The notes: generated from the sequence alone by a model not told the origin. A DNA stretch of 64,000 nt from Laetmonice hystrix (GCA_965235115.1 OZ249436.1:35528001-35592000), one strand, 5' to 3'. Positions 52,561 through 64,000 are shown, counted from the first letter of the stretch. Numbers and translations: made by a program.

Positions 52561-53730
52561 TTATCTTTGCCCCCTCTGCTGCTGGGCTTGATATGCTTCT
52601 CCGTGTATGTGAAAGATTTGGTCTTGAGCATGATGTGAAGTTCAACACAAAGAAGAGTGCTGTGATGGTGTTCAGGTCTAAATCCCTGAGAGGTGTGACT
52701 TTGCCTGACCACAATCTGTATGGGGAAGCCATAAAAGTAGTTGATAGGTTCAAATACCTTGGACATTGTGTGGCAAATGACTTATCTGATGATGATGACA
52801 TAGGTAGACAAGTTAAAAAGCTATATGCCCAGGGTAACTCGATACTTCGAAAATTCCATATGTGTAGTTGGGACGTCAAACTTACTCTGTTCCGTGCGTA
52901 TTGTTCTCCCCTGTACACGGCACAATTGTGGTGGAACTTTAAGAGAGCCTCCATAAACAAACTACAAGTTTCTTACCACAACTTACTCAAGATGTTTCTG
53001 GGGCTACCTAAGTATGAAAGCACAAGTATGCTCTGCACTATACTTGATGTCCAGTGCTGCCAGGCAGTTATCCGTAAGGCCAAAAAAAAAAAAAGTTTCG
53101 TTTCTTGTCCTTTCATATAAAAAAAGTGGTGCGGTGACGCGGTTTTTTGTTTTTTTTTCATCTTTCTTTTTTTTTTTGGATGCAACTAGACAACGGCCGA
53201 TTCTTCGAATGCAATTGCTGTTGGGTACATAAATCTTGAAGAAAAGACTAATGCAATGATGTTCAATGTTTTAGAATGTGTAAAACTCACATAAAATCAA
53301 CAAGACTAACAGAAAAACGCCAACGCCAAAGAACCGTTGCAACGTTCTGTCACAGCGCTACACTGCCCACCATATGAAGCAGTCGGATTTGAAAAAAAAA
53401 GACTTGACGCGGGGGTTTTTAGGTGACGCGCGCGGGGACAAGAAACGAATCAAATTTTTTTTTTGGCCTAACCTTGTGCATCGATTCATGTGTATGCTTG
53501 ATGCCTCTGTAAATGACATTATTGTTTCGCTACTTGCTACCAGTATTTATTATGTCTCCAGAATAAGGAGGCATTGGCTTAACTTGCTACACATTGGCTC
53601 TGGTTAGCTGATGTTCTAGTCTTTAGCCTTTAGTCTCTAGTTCCCAGTTTCTATGGACCTCTATGTATTATCATACTATGTAGATGTAGATGTGTCCGCA
53701 ATAAAGTCCATTGAATTGAATTGAATTGAA
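52561..53730 (+). mobile_element. 5'-truncated RTE-X-like LINE inserted in the CR1 ORF1
   Basis: RT C-terminus starting just after the YADD position (VIFAPSAAGLDMLL...FKYLGH...RHWLNLL, stop at 53605-53607), AATAAA and (ATTGA)n tail, candidate TSD aagg at 52557-52560 and 53731-53734. Confidence 0.85.
53078..53468. mobile_element. PIF/Harbinger-type MITE inserted in the RTE-X fragment
   Basis: taa|ggccaaaa...ttcgtttcttgtcc ... ggacaagaaacgaa...ttttggcc|taa. Removing it with one TSD restores CQAVIR-N-LVHRF. A related fragment lies at ~36094-36175. Confidence 0.9.
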
Positions 53731-54792
53731 AAGGGGCTCCACGATAAACTAACCAAGATTGCTAAGGCTACGAACGGCGTGTCGCAACCCACCTTGTTAA
53801 TTGGCGATTCTCTGTTGAAGGACTTTGATGAGGCGAAGCTAGAAAACACCAATGTCATGTCCCATAGTGGGATCAAAGTCGCGGAGCTTAAACCACACAT
53901 AGAAAGAGTAAAACTCTGCCAGAACATAATCATCTGTGCTGGCACCAATGACTGTAGCAGCCCAAATTTCTACGGAGATGAAGTTACCGCCAAGTACAGA
54001 GAGGTGATAAACATCGCCAAGACGAAAGTTGCAGAAGCTGACAATGTAGTCATCTCGAGCATACCACCTAGGGCCGACTCAACAGAACTTCAAGAAAATG
54101 TCGAGAGATTGAATGCATGCCTGTGCACTGTCGCCAAGGACACAGGTGCAACTTTCATTAACAACGACCCCACATTCAAGTTGGCTGATGGGTCTCCTAA
54201 CGATGGCTACCTCCAGGCGGATGGCCTGCATCTGACCAACAAGGGATCTAACCGACTGGCAAGAAACCTAGAACTGGTCCGGGATCCCGCGGCGAGCGTG
54301 TGTAAGACAAGGGCATCCAAGAAGGCGAGACCAACCCACGAAGTGAGTGAGTGAGTAGTGGTGGTTTTCCGCCGTGCCGGCATCCGGGGCCATCTTCACG
54401 GCGAAAACAGGGTTAAAAGACCATGACCAACCCACGAACACAGCGATGATAGGCAGAGGCAGGCCACCCAGCCCGAAGAGTGGCAGACAGTCCACAGGAG
54501 GCGGCCCAGACCACAATGGAGAGACAATCGTGAAAACTCGTAGGAACAGCACAACCAGAAAAGCTGCTGGTATTGCGGGGAATCCAACCATGTAACTCAT
54601 GCCTGTAGGCATGGCCAGAGGATAACATGCCATAACTGCAATCGTTCTGGACATAAGGCCAAGTTCTGCACAGACTAGGTCCTCGGCCACGAAGAGAGTG
54701 CCGATACCAACGAGGAACACGCACTCATAGCAATTACCCCGGAATCTCAACACACCCATGACTCTCAAGACATACTGCATCAAATACATCAA

Positions 54793-57767
54793 ATGACAGC
54801 GACAGTTATATCGATCATTCACTGCTCGCTAGGGACAGTACACACAGCACATCAGAATGTTGTGATGATCTCGTACAGTTTAAGACTAAGTAGATCAAAA
54901 TATGGCAGAAACCTTATATTCGCACATGTAAATGTAAATAGCCTGAGAGAAAAACGCGACTATTTCAGAGAACTGCTGTCAAATAACCTGATAGACATTC
55001 TGTGCATAACTGAGACTAAATTGTCAGATGAATATGTAACCCACGACCTCAATGTTGACGGCTACAAGCTTCACAGGAAGGACAGACAGATGGATTCTGG
55101 AGGACTGGTCGCCTGGATCAGGTCTGATATACCGCATTTCAGAGACAGTGATCTTGAATTCCAAGTCGACAACTATCACATTAAATCAATGGTCATCAAT
55201 CTGACTATAAAGAAAGAGCAGTGGTATTTGTTGGTCACTTACAAAAATCCAAAGGTTCCTAATCATATGTACATTGATACACTGACACGCTTTTATAACG
55301 ATCTGTTAAATGGGGCCAAAACGAAAGAGATTGTTATGTTGGGCGATGTGAATGTGAACTTAATGGAAGCATCTGACCCTTTGAGTGACCTATTTAATGT
55401 TTACGGGCTAACAAACCTAATAGACCGCCCCACGTGTTACAAGTGTGTTACTGGTACCCTACTTGACCCAGTAGTTGTGATAAACCCCAACCGCTTTCAC
55501 GCACCATTGAATGTTCGGTGCGGCATGAGTGACTAGCATAACTTGGTGGGTTGCATAACCAAAATGCATTCGCCTCGCACGACACCTAAAACCTTTGACA
55601 GGAATGCACATATGACATGTCACATGCACCTTTTCATGTTAAGGAAGTTTTTGATGATGTCGACGATCAGTATTGGTTCATGAGCAAGCTATGTAGAGAT
55701 CTAATCGATGACCATGCACCCATCAAGAAACGTGTCCAAAGGTCAAACAATATGCCATACATGAACTCTAACCTACGCAAGCAGATGTACCGGCGAAACA
55801 ATGCTGGGAATAAATACCTGAAACAAAGAACAGCCCACAATTGGAATAAGTACAGAATAGAAAGAAATACAGCCACGGCCATGCGGAGAGATTCCATCAG
55901 GATGTACTTCGTGTCCAGATGCTCACCAGAGTCACCCCCCGGCGATTTCTGGAAATGTATTAAGCCTTTCTTATCAAGCACATCATACGATCAAGGTCAC
56001 ATCATCCTTAATGAAGGTGGGAACATAGTTAGCAACCCAAACGAGGTGTGCAGCTCCTTCAATGACTATTATACAAATGTAGTCAGCGACATCGGACCAG
56101 ATGACAGTATCCCTCTCGATGACCCTGATTGGCTGGACACCGTCCTCCACAGGCACGAGAGCCATCCCAGTGTACAGACCATCCGGGATGTTAATGACAC
56201 CTCCATCTTCAACTCCAGACCAGTCGATTCAGAAACTGTCACAAAGAGGCTACAGCAGGTGAACCCCAATAAGGCAACAGGATACGACCTCATCCCCCCC
56301 AAGCTCATCAAGTATGCGTCCAACGAGCTCGCGGAAGGCCTAACAGCGGTTATTAACTCCAGCTTCATTCAGGAAGTCTTCCCCAAGGATTTGAAGTTTG
56401 CCGAGATATCCCCATTATTCAAAAAAGGCAACATCATGTCGAAGGATAACTTTAAGCCTGTCAGTATTCTACCTGTGCTAGAGAAGGTTTTCGAAAGTAT
56501 TATCGCAGACCAAATGGTCGACTTCTTCAGTTTGAAATTCCACAAAATGTTGTGCGCATACAGGAAGTCATATGGAAGCAATCACACCCTTATCAGCCTG
56601 CTAGAATCCTGGAAATCTGCCCTGGATGATAATAAATGTGTCAGTACCCTCCTTATGGATCTATCAAAGGCTTTCGACTGTGTACCACACAACCTCCTCA
56701 TCTGTAAGTTAAAGGCCTATGGTTTCAGCAGCAGTGCATGCCGATTCATCGGCAATTACTTGTCAGAACGTATGCAGAGAGTGAAGATAGGTGACAAGAG
56801 AAGTAACTGGGCACAGACAAGTATAGGTGTCCCTCAAGGATCGTGTCTTGGGCCGATCATCTTTAATATCTTTATTAACGATATTTTCTACTTTATGGAA
56901 AAGTGTGACCTTGCTAACTACGCGGATGATAATACCCTCAGCGCATGTGAGGGGACTTTCGATATGGTGACCACAGCACTGCAACTTGATGCGGACAATG
57001 CCATTAGATGGTTCACGGTAAACCACATGAAAGTCAACCCGAACAAGTTTCAGGTCATGTACATGAAGTCCATCTACAATGTAACAGAAACGCCCGAGTT
57101 TATTACTATCGACGGAAATAAACTACAGAATGAGGATTACGTGAAGCTTCTTGGAATTACTATAGACTCCAAGCTCTTGTTTGACCGACATGTAGACCAT
57201 ATTTGCAAGAACGCCTCCAGGCAGCTCAATATATTAAGAAGGTTCAAGCGCGCATTCAATGTGAAGGACAAAATGAAGATCTACAATGCCTTCATCTTAG
57301 CCAATTTTAATTACTGTCCCATTGTATGGCACTTCTGCGCCACAGGTAGCACGAAGAAAATGGAGCGCATACAGGAAAGGGCGTTGAGGCTTATACATAG
57401 CGATACAAGTTCTTCATATGAAGAGTTGCTGAGGAAGTCGGGACAATCCTCGCTCCAACTAAAAAGACTTCGTCTCATTGCACTGGAAGTTTTTAAAAGT
57501 CTACATTACCATAGCCCTGTTTTTATGAGTGACTTATTCAAGCACAAGGAATTAAATCACAACCTCAGGGATCCAGCAAAAGTAGTTGCGCCGGTTTTTA
57601 ATACTATTAGATATGGCAAAAACACATTTTCCTACTATGGCGCTCACTTATGGAACCTACTACCCACACAATATAAAGAGTGTGTCGAGGTCAACGCTTT
57701 CAAGCACATGATAAAGTCATGGAATGGCCCCCGGTGCCAATGTTCCTCATGTTATTTCAATGTGTAA
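54793..57767 (+). pseudogene. LINE ORF2 (apurinic-type endonuclease + reverse transcriptase), disrupted
   Basis: HVNVNSL / ITETKL / GDVN / SD*H (TAG at 55534-55536); frameshift or deletion near 55595; then a 716-aa open RT region with DLSKAFD, GVPQGS, YADD. Confidence 0.9.
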
Positions 57768-58283
57768 CTATGTCTTTTACGGTGTTTTAGTGTTTCATAG
57801 TGTTTTATTTATTTATTGTTTCAATCGACAAATAGCCCTCGGCTAATGTTCATTGTACCTGCATCGTCGATTTTAAATAAAGTTTTATTATTATTATTAT
57901 AATTTTTATTATAATATTATTATTTCAGGGGTTTCGTATTACATCTTTTATATGCAAGAAAATGAGTGACAACTACTCTGAAAGTTGTACGTTTTGGCTC
58001 GCAGCTTGCGGTTGGTATAAATTGAACTATACATGTAGGCCTACTTATCCAATATTATATGGCCTACAATGGGTATATACACAAAGTATAGGTTTGACTG
58101 TAGTCCTTCCCCCTCCCCTCAATGTGTACGGGCATGTACACATGCACTCGCAATTTGTAGGCTAAATTAAAGCAGAGAACATACAGTTTAGTCTAAAAAT
58201 GAGGATTCTCGACATATCGTGAAATACTCTGATAATATGCATTCGGACAGATATTCATGTATAGGTCTCTTTCTTTTTTACAG

Positions 58284-58386
58284 CTACAATACGTGGCACT
58301 TCAACTTCTTCCGCAAACAGGGCATCCCGGGAGATCGGCCATGGCCAATCATCGGCAATATTTCATTTAGGGGCGATCCCGTCAAG
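58284..58386 (+). CDS. P450 exon 2
   Basis: YNTWHFNFFRKQGIPGDRPWPIIGN (proline-rich hinge); ag/gt boundaries, phase 2/0. Confidence 0.9.
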
Positions 58387-58708
58387 GTACAGATCAAAAA
58401 TAAAGTTTACTGATTGAAATGGGCAATAATCAGATCAGGACATAATTATCCAGTGCATGCCACTTGTGCTCATGTGATTAAACGTACTGCATAATGTAGG
58501 CTTATCGTTTCAAATTGGCATCATGGGCGACCTGTTTTTTTATCACAGCCGAACGTGTGGTGGAGCATGTGATTGGTTGAAATGACTGACTCGAAATACT
58601 GCCCCCTCTTTACATCCGTATCCTCGCATATTATATAGGAATGAAATTATTTTCAAGAAGCATTGTGTCAAAATGAATGGTAATGAAATCCAACCGCTAT
58701 AATTCCAG

Positions 58709-58761
58709 GAGTACCCGTACAAGGAGACTGAAATGCAGGAGAAACATGGGGACATATTTGC
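58709..58761 (+). CDS. P450 exon 3
   Basis: EYPYKETEMQEKHGDIF(A); phase 0/2. Confidence 0.8.
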
Positions 58762-58892
58762 GTAGGTATAGTCCTACTGTAACCTCACTCGAATCACGTA
58801 CTTTGAACCACTGGGCGTGACCTAGTAGGCCTACTCATAAAATAAAGAGGGTCCCTAGCTGCTATATGCAACACACATCTTTGGATAGAAGT

Positions 58893-59119
58893 TTATCCAA
58901 TAAGCTGGCCGGCTGGCCGGCCGGTCCGTATAGCCGATTCCGAAACTTAATGCATGGGTGAAGTTGGGCCCATTACAATGAGTGTAGATATCAATAAGGT
59001 ACATATGAGCACATACAAATATATCGCAAAATGTTTTCCGATTTTTTGTTAACTATGGCCTACACAAACTCCTACATCTTGTCAAAATTGTGGCGCCGTT
59101 TGGCCGGCTTAGTGGATAC
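58893..59119. mobile_element. Small TIR element in P450 intron 3
   Basis: tatccaataagctggcc / ggccggcttagtggata inverted ends. Confidence 0.5.
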
Positions 59120-59194
59120 GGCATTTTATAACACTCTGTGACGTGAAGGATACTATAGGCAAGGATGGGTATTGTCATCTCTTATCCATTGCAG

Positions 59195-59291
59195 AGAATT
59201 CCTGGGCCGTATTCCCTGCCTTATAGTGCACGATGAAAGCTTTCTATCGGAAGTTTTGGTCAAGAGTTTCCCGGACTTTTGTGATCGAACG
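59195..59291 (+). CDS. P450 exon 4
   Basis: EFLGRIPCLIVHDESFLSEVLVKSFPDFCDRT; phase 2/0. Confidence 0.9.
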
Positions 59292-59323
59292 GTGAGTGGA
59301 AACTACTATAATCTTCAGTCCAG

Positions 59324-60077
59324 GCCCAGGTTTTAGAAAGCCTCAAAGCAGCAAACTTGAAGCTAAGCAGGACTACGGTGGCCCATGAGGACAAGAACTT
59401 TAAAGGAAATCTGTCTGAAAAATTGAAGGAAACGCAGTCAATTCAACAAAACTTGAGTAAAAACAATTATTTTAAGGGGTTTCTAGCAGTCTGGTACTAT
59501 GGCGCGTCCATATCGACAATATTTTTAATTAATTAATTAATTAAGCGTTTACCTATTTGGCTAGAGACGAGAGCACGCGAATCAAATCATGCCCTTATTT
59601 GGATCATGGGGGGAGGGCGGGCGGAGCAGTGCGAGGCAGCGCATGGGCCCAATCCCGTTGCTATAGTAACGAGCGCCATTACCGTTAGCCTCGAGGAGCG
59701 GCAGTGTTCTAGGTTCTCAGTTTTGAGATGAAAAAATAGGATATATCGCATCATTATGGCTCATAATCAACAACAGACCTAGCACAACAATGTTAGGATT
59801 ACGATAGAATGTTTTATCAATCTAGTGGGATAAATTCAAGATCAGGTAAGCTTGAAATACGCGGATTCGTAGGATATGGGGACACCGCTTCAACAAAACA
59901 TGGCGGCTCTAGGGTGATCGACTACCTTTAACTTTCTACATTGATTTTCATGGATATGTGAAAATATCGATGAAAATAAATCTAGAAAGTTAAAAACACT
60001 AAAGATCTATGTTCCTGGGTTGCCGTAGCTCTGCTTAGCTTAAAGTTTGCTGCTTAGTGCCTTTCTGAAACCGTGGC
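59324..60077. mobile_element. TIR element with CAG TSD in P450 intron 4, possibly containing a TTAA-flanked (Kolobok-like) insert at 59404-59927
   Basis: ~55-bp imperfect TIRs (...aagcagcaaacttgaagctaagcag / ctgcttagcttaaagtttgctgctt...), cag on both sides; inner ttaa|agg ... cct|ttaa. Confidence 0.65.
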
Positions 60078-60210
60078 CAGATTGTAAAACGATATAATTT
60101 TCAACCCTTTTCATTTCATAGATTAGACGCATAAATGCATGGAAAATAGGTGAATTTTCCAACAACAAAAAAACGAAGTTAACCACAATTTTAATGAGGC
60201 CAACTTTCAG

Positions 60211-60327
60211 AGTATACTCAACGGAGACGAAGTGAGTGATGCTATGCTACTCAACAGTATGGGAGAAAGATGGAAGCGCATGCGCAGTTATATGACCCCA
60301 ACATTCAGCACTGGTAAACTAAAACAG
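60211..60327 (+). CDS. P450 exon 5
   Basis: GERWKRMRSYMTPTFSTGKLKQ (WxxxR C-helix, clan-3 type). Confidence 0.93.
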
Positions 60328-60569
60328 GTGAATATCTGTTTCAATCCCATTTCACCAATACAAGTGGTGCATGGAAAGTATCTCAACACTACGATAAGCA
60401 CTCATTTACACTGGACATCCTGGCATGCTTGAAACTAAGGAGGCTAATAAGGTTTTCATTTTAGGTGAGAAAACAGGTCTTATTAAAATTGGTGAATTGG
60501 GGGGGGGGGGCGGGGTCATAGATATATCTATTCCAAACACCTCTCCCATGAGAATAATATACGTTTCAG

Positions 60570-60658
60570 ATGATCCCCGAGATCAACCGGTGTGCTCGGC
60601 AGTTGGCCAACAACCTGGCGAAAGAGGCCGACAAGGGAGAAACTCTTGACATGCGTGG
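60570..60658 (+). CDS. P450 exon 6
   Basis: MIPEINRCARQLANNLAKEADKGETLDMR(G); phase 0/2. Confidence 0.9.
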
Positions 60659-60825
60659 GTAAGTAGGCATATTTCAAACTTCAGTAAAACCCTGATGGCC
60701 ATTTTAATGTAGCAGTCTAATAGGCCTAAACGAATCTATCTCGCTCGCAAATGTCATTGTTAGTTTCTTCTGTTCAAATCCTTAATTAATTATGTAGGCT
60801 ATGTATTAATCTAATTTGTGTGCAG

Positions 60826-60974
60826 TTTGACTGGCGCCTTTTCCATGGATGTCATCGCCAGCACGGCGTTCGGCATGCGGGTGGACTCTCAGAACGATGC
60901 CGACAGTGTGTTTGTCCAGAAGGCCAAACGCGGCTTTAGTCGGTCAATGTTCAACCCTCTCTATCTTCTGGCCT
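60826..60974 (+). CDS. P450 exon 7
   Basis: LTGAFSMDVIASTAFGMRVDSQND...; phase 2/1. Confidence 0.93.
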
Positions 60975-61347
60975 GTAAGGGAATTTGCCTGCTTCAACAG
61001 CCATAATACATGATCTAGTATTTCTCTTCTCAGACCGCCACAAGACAACATTAATTTTAGAAACAGATGTTGCTTTTTTATTTAACATCGCAGAGGACGG
61101 ATATTCTGACATTTTTCTTCATATTTTTCTATATATTTGAAGTTCAATTCCATTTCAAAATTGCATGGAAAGTATTGGTTTAACACATTAAACTCTATGC
61201 ATAGATCAATTTGTAATACCCCCCCCCCCCCAAAAAAAAAGGAACAGAAAGCTGGCCTATTGATTTCTTATTACTAGATTCATTAGGCCTAACTATCACC
61301 TAGCGGGACACAAAGTAGGCTTACCATGCCCAACATTATATTTGTAG

Positions 61348-61478
61348 TTTTCCTCCCTGCCGCCGTTCCACTGGCAACGAAGTTGGGTCTGAACAGCTTT
61401 TTGCCTCGTGACGTCATGGATTTCTTTAGGGACGTAACCCTAAAAGCAATGGAAGCTCGCAAGACCAACCAAGATCAG
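61348..61478 (+). CDS. P450 exon 8
   Basis: FLPAAVPLATKLGLNSFLPRDVMDFFRDVTLKAMEARKTNQDQ; phase 1/0. Confidence 0.88.
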
Positions 61479-61568
61479 GTAATAGGCCTATTATACACAT
61501 AAAAATAGAATCAACGTCATGACATGGGACGATTGGTCCAGACACGACCTCGTGTAGATCTATTTATC

Positions 61569-61712
61569 TACCAAATGTTGGACGGCAGCGAGTCCACTAT
61601 ACAGTTTACGCGACTTCGAAAAACGATAATGGCTTCGGCTTCGCCTCGGCTCACTTTTCTTCGTCCCGTAAACTAAGTCCTATAGTGGACTCACCGCCAT
61701 ACAACATTTGTA
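61569..61712. mobile_element. Small fold-back (MITE-like) element in P450 intron 8
   Basis: caaatgttg...gagtccactata / tatagtggactc...caacatttg inverted ends. Confidence 0.55.
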
Positions 61713-61881
61713 GGCCTATCATATAATCGAAAGGGGCCGTCCATCACTTAGGCTACGTAACGCGAAATTTTGACCAAACTACATAATGTATGGATCAGGT
61801 TGAGCACTGTAGTCTCATATTATCAGTGATCTTGATCATGTAGATTTACAACCTTTTCGTCTCGTGTATTTCTTTGCAAAG

Positions 61882-61987
61882 AGTCGTACCGATTTCCTAC
61901 AATTAGTGATGAACGTTGAGCGGGATGAGAACGTACAGACAGTGCCAGACACCGGCCATGACAAGGACGTAACGAAACCAACTAAAG
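61882..61987 (+). CDS. P450 exon 9
   Basis: SRTDFLQLVMNVE...KPTK(G); donor after 61987, or an in-frame alternative after 62005. Confidence 0.85.
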
Positions 61988-62026
61988 GTACAACTCTAGC
62001 ACAAGGTATAGGCCTACGGTAAAGGC

Positions 62027-62213
62027 AGTGGCGGATCCGGAGGGAAGGGGATACGGGGGCTGCCCCCCCCCCCCCCCCGTTTCGAAGTAATCTTTCTTTT
62101 TTTTCTGCCTGAAAGGTTCAAACCAAACATACACAACCCCCTGCCAACACCCATAACACCCCCACCCCCCCCCACCCCCACCCCCGGTTAGAGCAAACCC
62201 GGATCCGCCCCTG
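62027..62213. mobile_element. Short TIR element (cagtggcggatcc / ggatccgcccctg) in P450 intron 9
   Basis: Inverted ends and poly-C interior; no TSD seen. Confidence 0.6.
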
Positions 62214-62294
62214 CAAGAGTAAACTAAAGAGGGTCTAGATCTATATTTGGACGTGTATAGGGCGTTTCATCCGCGATATCTGTCTAACTTACAG

Positions 62295-62455
62295 GGCTCT
62301 CAACGACTGAGATTCTTGCCAACGCTATCCTGTTCTTTATCGCTGGCTACGACACGACTGCCTCGGCAGTTTGTATGCTCCTGTACAACTTGGCCCTGAA
62401 CGACGACTGCCAACAGCAACTCCTACAGGAGATTGATAGCGTTGTGGGAGAGAAC
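62295..62455 (+). CDS. P450 exon 10 (I-helix)
   Basis: LSTTEILANAILFFIAGYDTTAS; phase 1/0. Confidence 0.95.
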
Positions 62456-62761
62456 GTATGTAATACTGTGTATACATGCGTGACGTACAGACGAGATCAA
62501 TGGACAGAAGGGGCGCGGAAAGAAATATTCAACTCCTACTTCTCTTTGTGCATGCGTACATAATATTTCTGGCGGCCTCGGTCCCATGTAACGAGAAACG
62601 TTTTTAGCGTCTAGCTTCAGCCCGACATGAGCTTGGGCACATTAAATACACCTGTACATAACCTACGATAAAACAGGACAACAAAGTCAATATACCAAGA
62701 CTATAGTCTATCTGCCGAAAGTCCATGGTACGGGGTTAAATCCTTGTCATTTTTTCATTAG

Positions 62762-62850
62762 GACCTGATCACCTATGACATGTTGTCTGAGATGCCGTAC
62801 CTGGACCAATGCATTTCGGAGTCCCTGCGCCTTTTCCCGCCTTTGGTTAG
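62762..62850 (+). CDS. P450 exon 11 (K-helix)
   Basis: DLITYDMLSEMPYLDQCISESLRLFPP (ExxR); phase 0/2. Confidence 0.95.
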
Positions 62851-63077
62851 GTAAGTATAGCTAGATTGGGATAGGGAATATAGGTACTAATATATAAAGA
62901 TGTAATTTAACGTGGGCTTCTGGCTAAATGCTTGTCCATTCGCATCCTGGGCAACAGCAATATTCTAAATTCAACATGTTCTTGGACTATAGAGGAGAAG
63001 TAGGCTAAACGTTCGTGAAACCTATCACTCATACCGTTTGTTTATATTTGAGAACATTTAAGGTTATTTTTTGACAG

Positions 63078-63215
63078 GGCCGATCGTGAGGCCAAGCGAG
63101 ACGTCACCATCAATGGGGTCCACATCAAGAAAGGCATGGTTGTAATGATCCCAATATTTGGCATTCACCATGACCCCAAAAAATGGCCAAACCCCCTAAA
63201 GTTTGACCCAACACG
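63078..63215 (+). CDS. P450 exon 12
   Basis: ADREAKRDVTINGVHIKKGMVVMIPIFGIHHDPKKWPNPLKFDPT(R); phase 2/2. Confidence 0.95.
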
Positions 63216-63539
63216 GTATGTGGACCCATTAAAACCTATTACTCTATTTCACATTATGAATACGGCCTATGATAGAACTTTAGTAGATCCAGGATTTTTT
63301 AAGGGGTGTGGACCTTTCATATAAGAAAAAAGGGGAAACTGGTGTTGAAAGGGGGTTGAACCCTGCTGGAGCCGCCCTTAGAAAGAGAACATTCTGTCTA
63401 GCCCTTCATGTCCTGATATGCATGAGAAAAACAAATCCAGTGAACAAACCTACAGCCTACAAACTTATAGGTATAGGGCCTAGAAGTAATACTTTATGTA
63501 CATGCGTTCGAATAATAAGCTACAACTTTACATTTTTAG

Positions 63540-63702
63540 ATTTTCGCCGGAGAACAAAGCAGGCCGGAATCCTTTCCATTTCTTCCCGTTTGGAATGGGC
63601 CCTCGGAACTGTATTGGAATGCGGCTTGCCCTGGCCGAGTTAAAGATTGCCATGGTTCATGTCTTACGGAAAGTCAAGGTCACACCAGCTACAGACACGC
63701 CG
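63540..63702 (+). CDS. P450 exon 13 (heme-binding motif)
   Basis: FFPFGMGPRNCIGMRLA (FxxGxRxCxG); donor CCG|gtaggt. Confidence 0.96.
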
Positions 63703-63935
63703 GTAGGTTTCACGGCTCCCCCCACAAAGGTGGCGGCAAGCAAATTTGAGAACTTTGAAAGTATTTATTGGCAATTGTCGCATGTCACTTGTGAAATTCT
63801 CCTGCTTTGCATGCATGCCTTAATAGTCAACAGTTTGATTCCTCGCTCATATACACTATTATGTCTAGGCTATATAGAGCATAATAGTGAACCATTGTGG
63901 GCTCTTTTAACTGTGTCTCTTTGCCGGTGATGCAG

Positions 63936-64000
63936 TCGCGGGTGAAATTCACTGTGGCACTACTTCTCACTCCCGCTTCGCCCATCAAGCTCAACGTTGA
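63936..64000 (+). CDS. P450 exon 14 (partial, continues past the window)
   Basis: tgcag|SRVKFTVALLLTPASPIKLNV...; open to the window end. Confidence 0.75.

Larger units (their letters stand above)
51959..54678 (+). pseudogene. LINE ORF1, disrupted (PHD finger, SGNH esterase, two zinc knuckles)
   Basis: PHD: CVKNC...MVQCHLCQTWCHYDC...WSCLSC. Esterase: LLIGDS / GTND / DGLHL. Knuckles: CWYCGESNHVTHAC and CHNCNRSGHKAKFC. Split by the 52561-53730 insertion; in-frame stops at 54352, 54424 and 54541. Confidence 0.85.
51420..57925 (+). mobile_element. CR1-group non-LTR retrotransposon (near full length, inactivated) in P450 intron 1
   Basis: ORF1 51959-54678 (PHD, coiled coil, SGNH esterase, 2 CCHC knuckles), ORF2 54793-57767 (APE + RT with YADD, C-terminal CxCxxC), AATAAA and (TTA)n tail at ~57877-57925. 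The 5' boundary is approximate. Confidence 0.9.

Noticed and set aside
29646..62080. Numerous poly-G / poly-C runs
   Set aside because: Many lie inside MITE-like repeats and homopolymer lengths are unreliable; no independent sign of function.

Overview
Eukaryotic (invertebrate-type, intron-rich) genomic DNA, not a prokaryotic window. Left half: a minus-strand unc-4/UNCX paired-like homeobox gene (3 coding exons, 14.2-kb second intron, C-terminus runs off the left edge) in a large gene-poor, probably regulatory region with three minisatellites. Middle (about 30-44 kb): a transposon-dense zone of non-autonomous TIR elements containing tRNA-Ser(GCT) and tRNA-Pro(TGG). Right: a 5-exon SLC46/PCFT-like MFS transporter and a 14-exon clan-3 (CYP3A-like) cytochrome P450 that runs off the right edge. 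The P450 intron 1 holds a degraded CR1-group LINE (ORF1 PHD + SGNH esterase + 2 CCHC knuckles; ORF2 APE-RT), interrupted by a truncated RTE-X LINE, itself interrupted by a Harbinger-type MITE. Most notable observations: (1) TAGGCCTA/TAGATCTA-type words are strongly over-represented and can be seen as insertions at TA sites in one TIR of a MITE; (2) the unc-4 exon-1 splice donor is tandemly amplified 5x behind an in-frame stop; (3) divergent CTCF-like motifs lie beside a tRNA gene at the edge of the unc-4 region. All calls are by eye; no database search was run.
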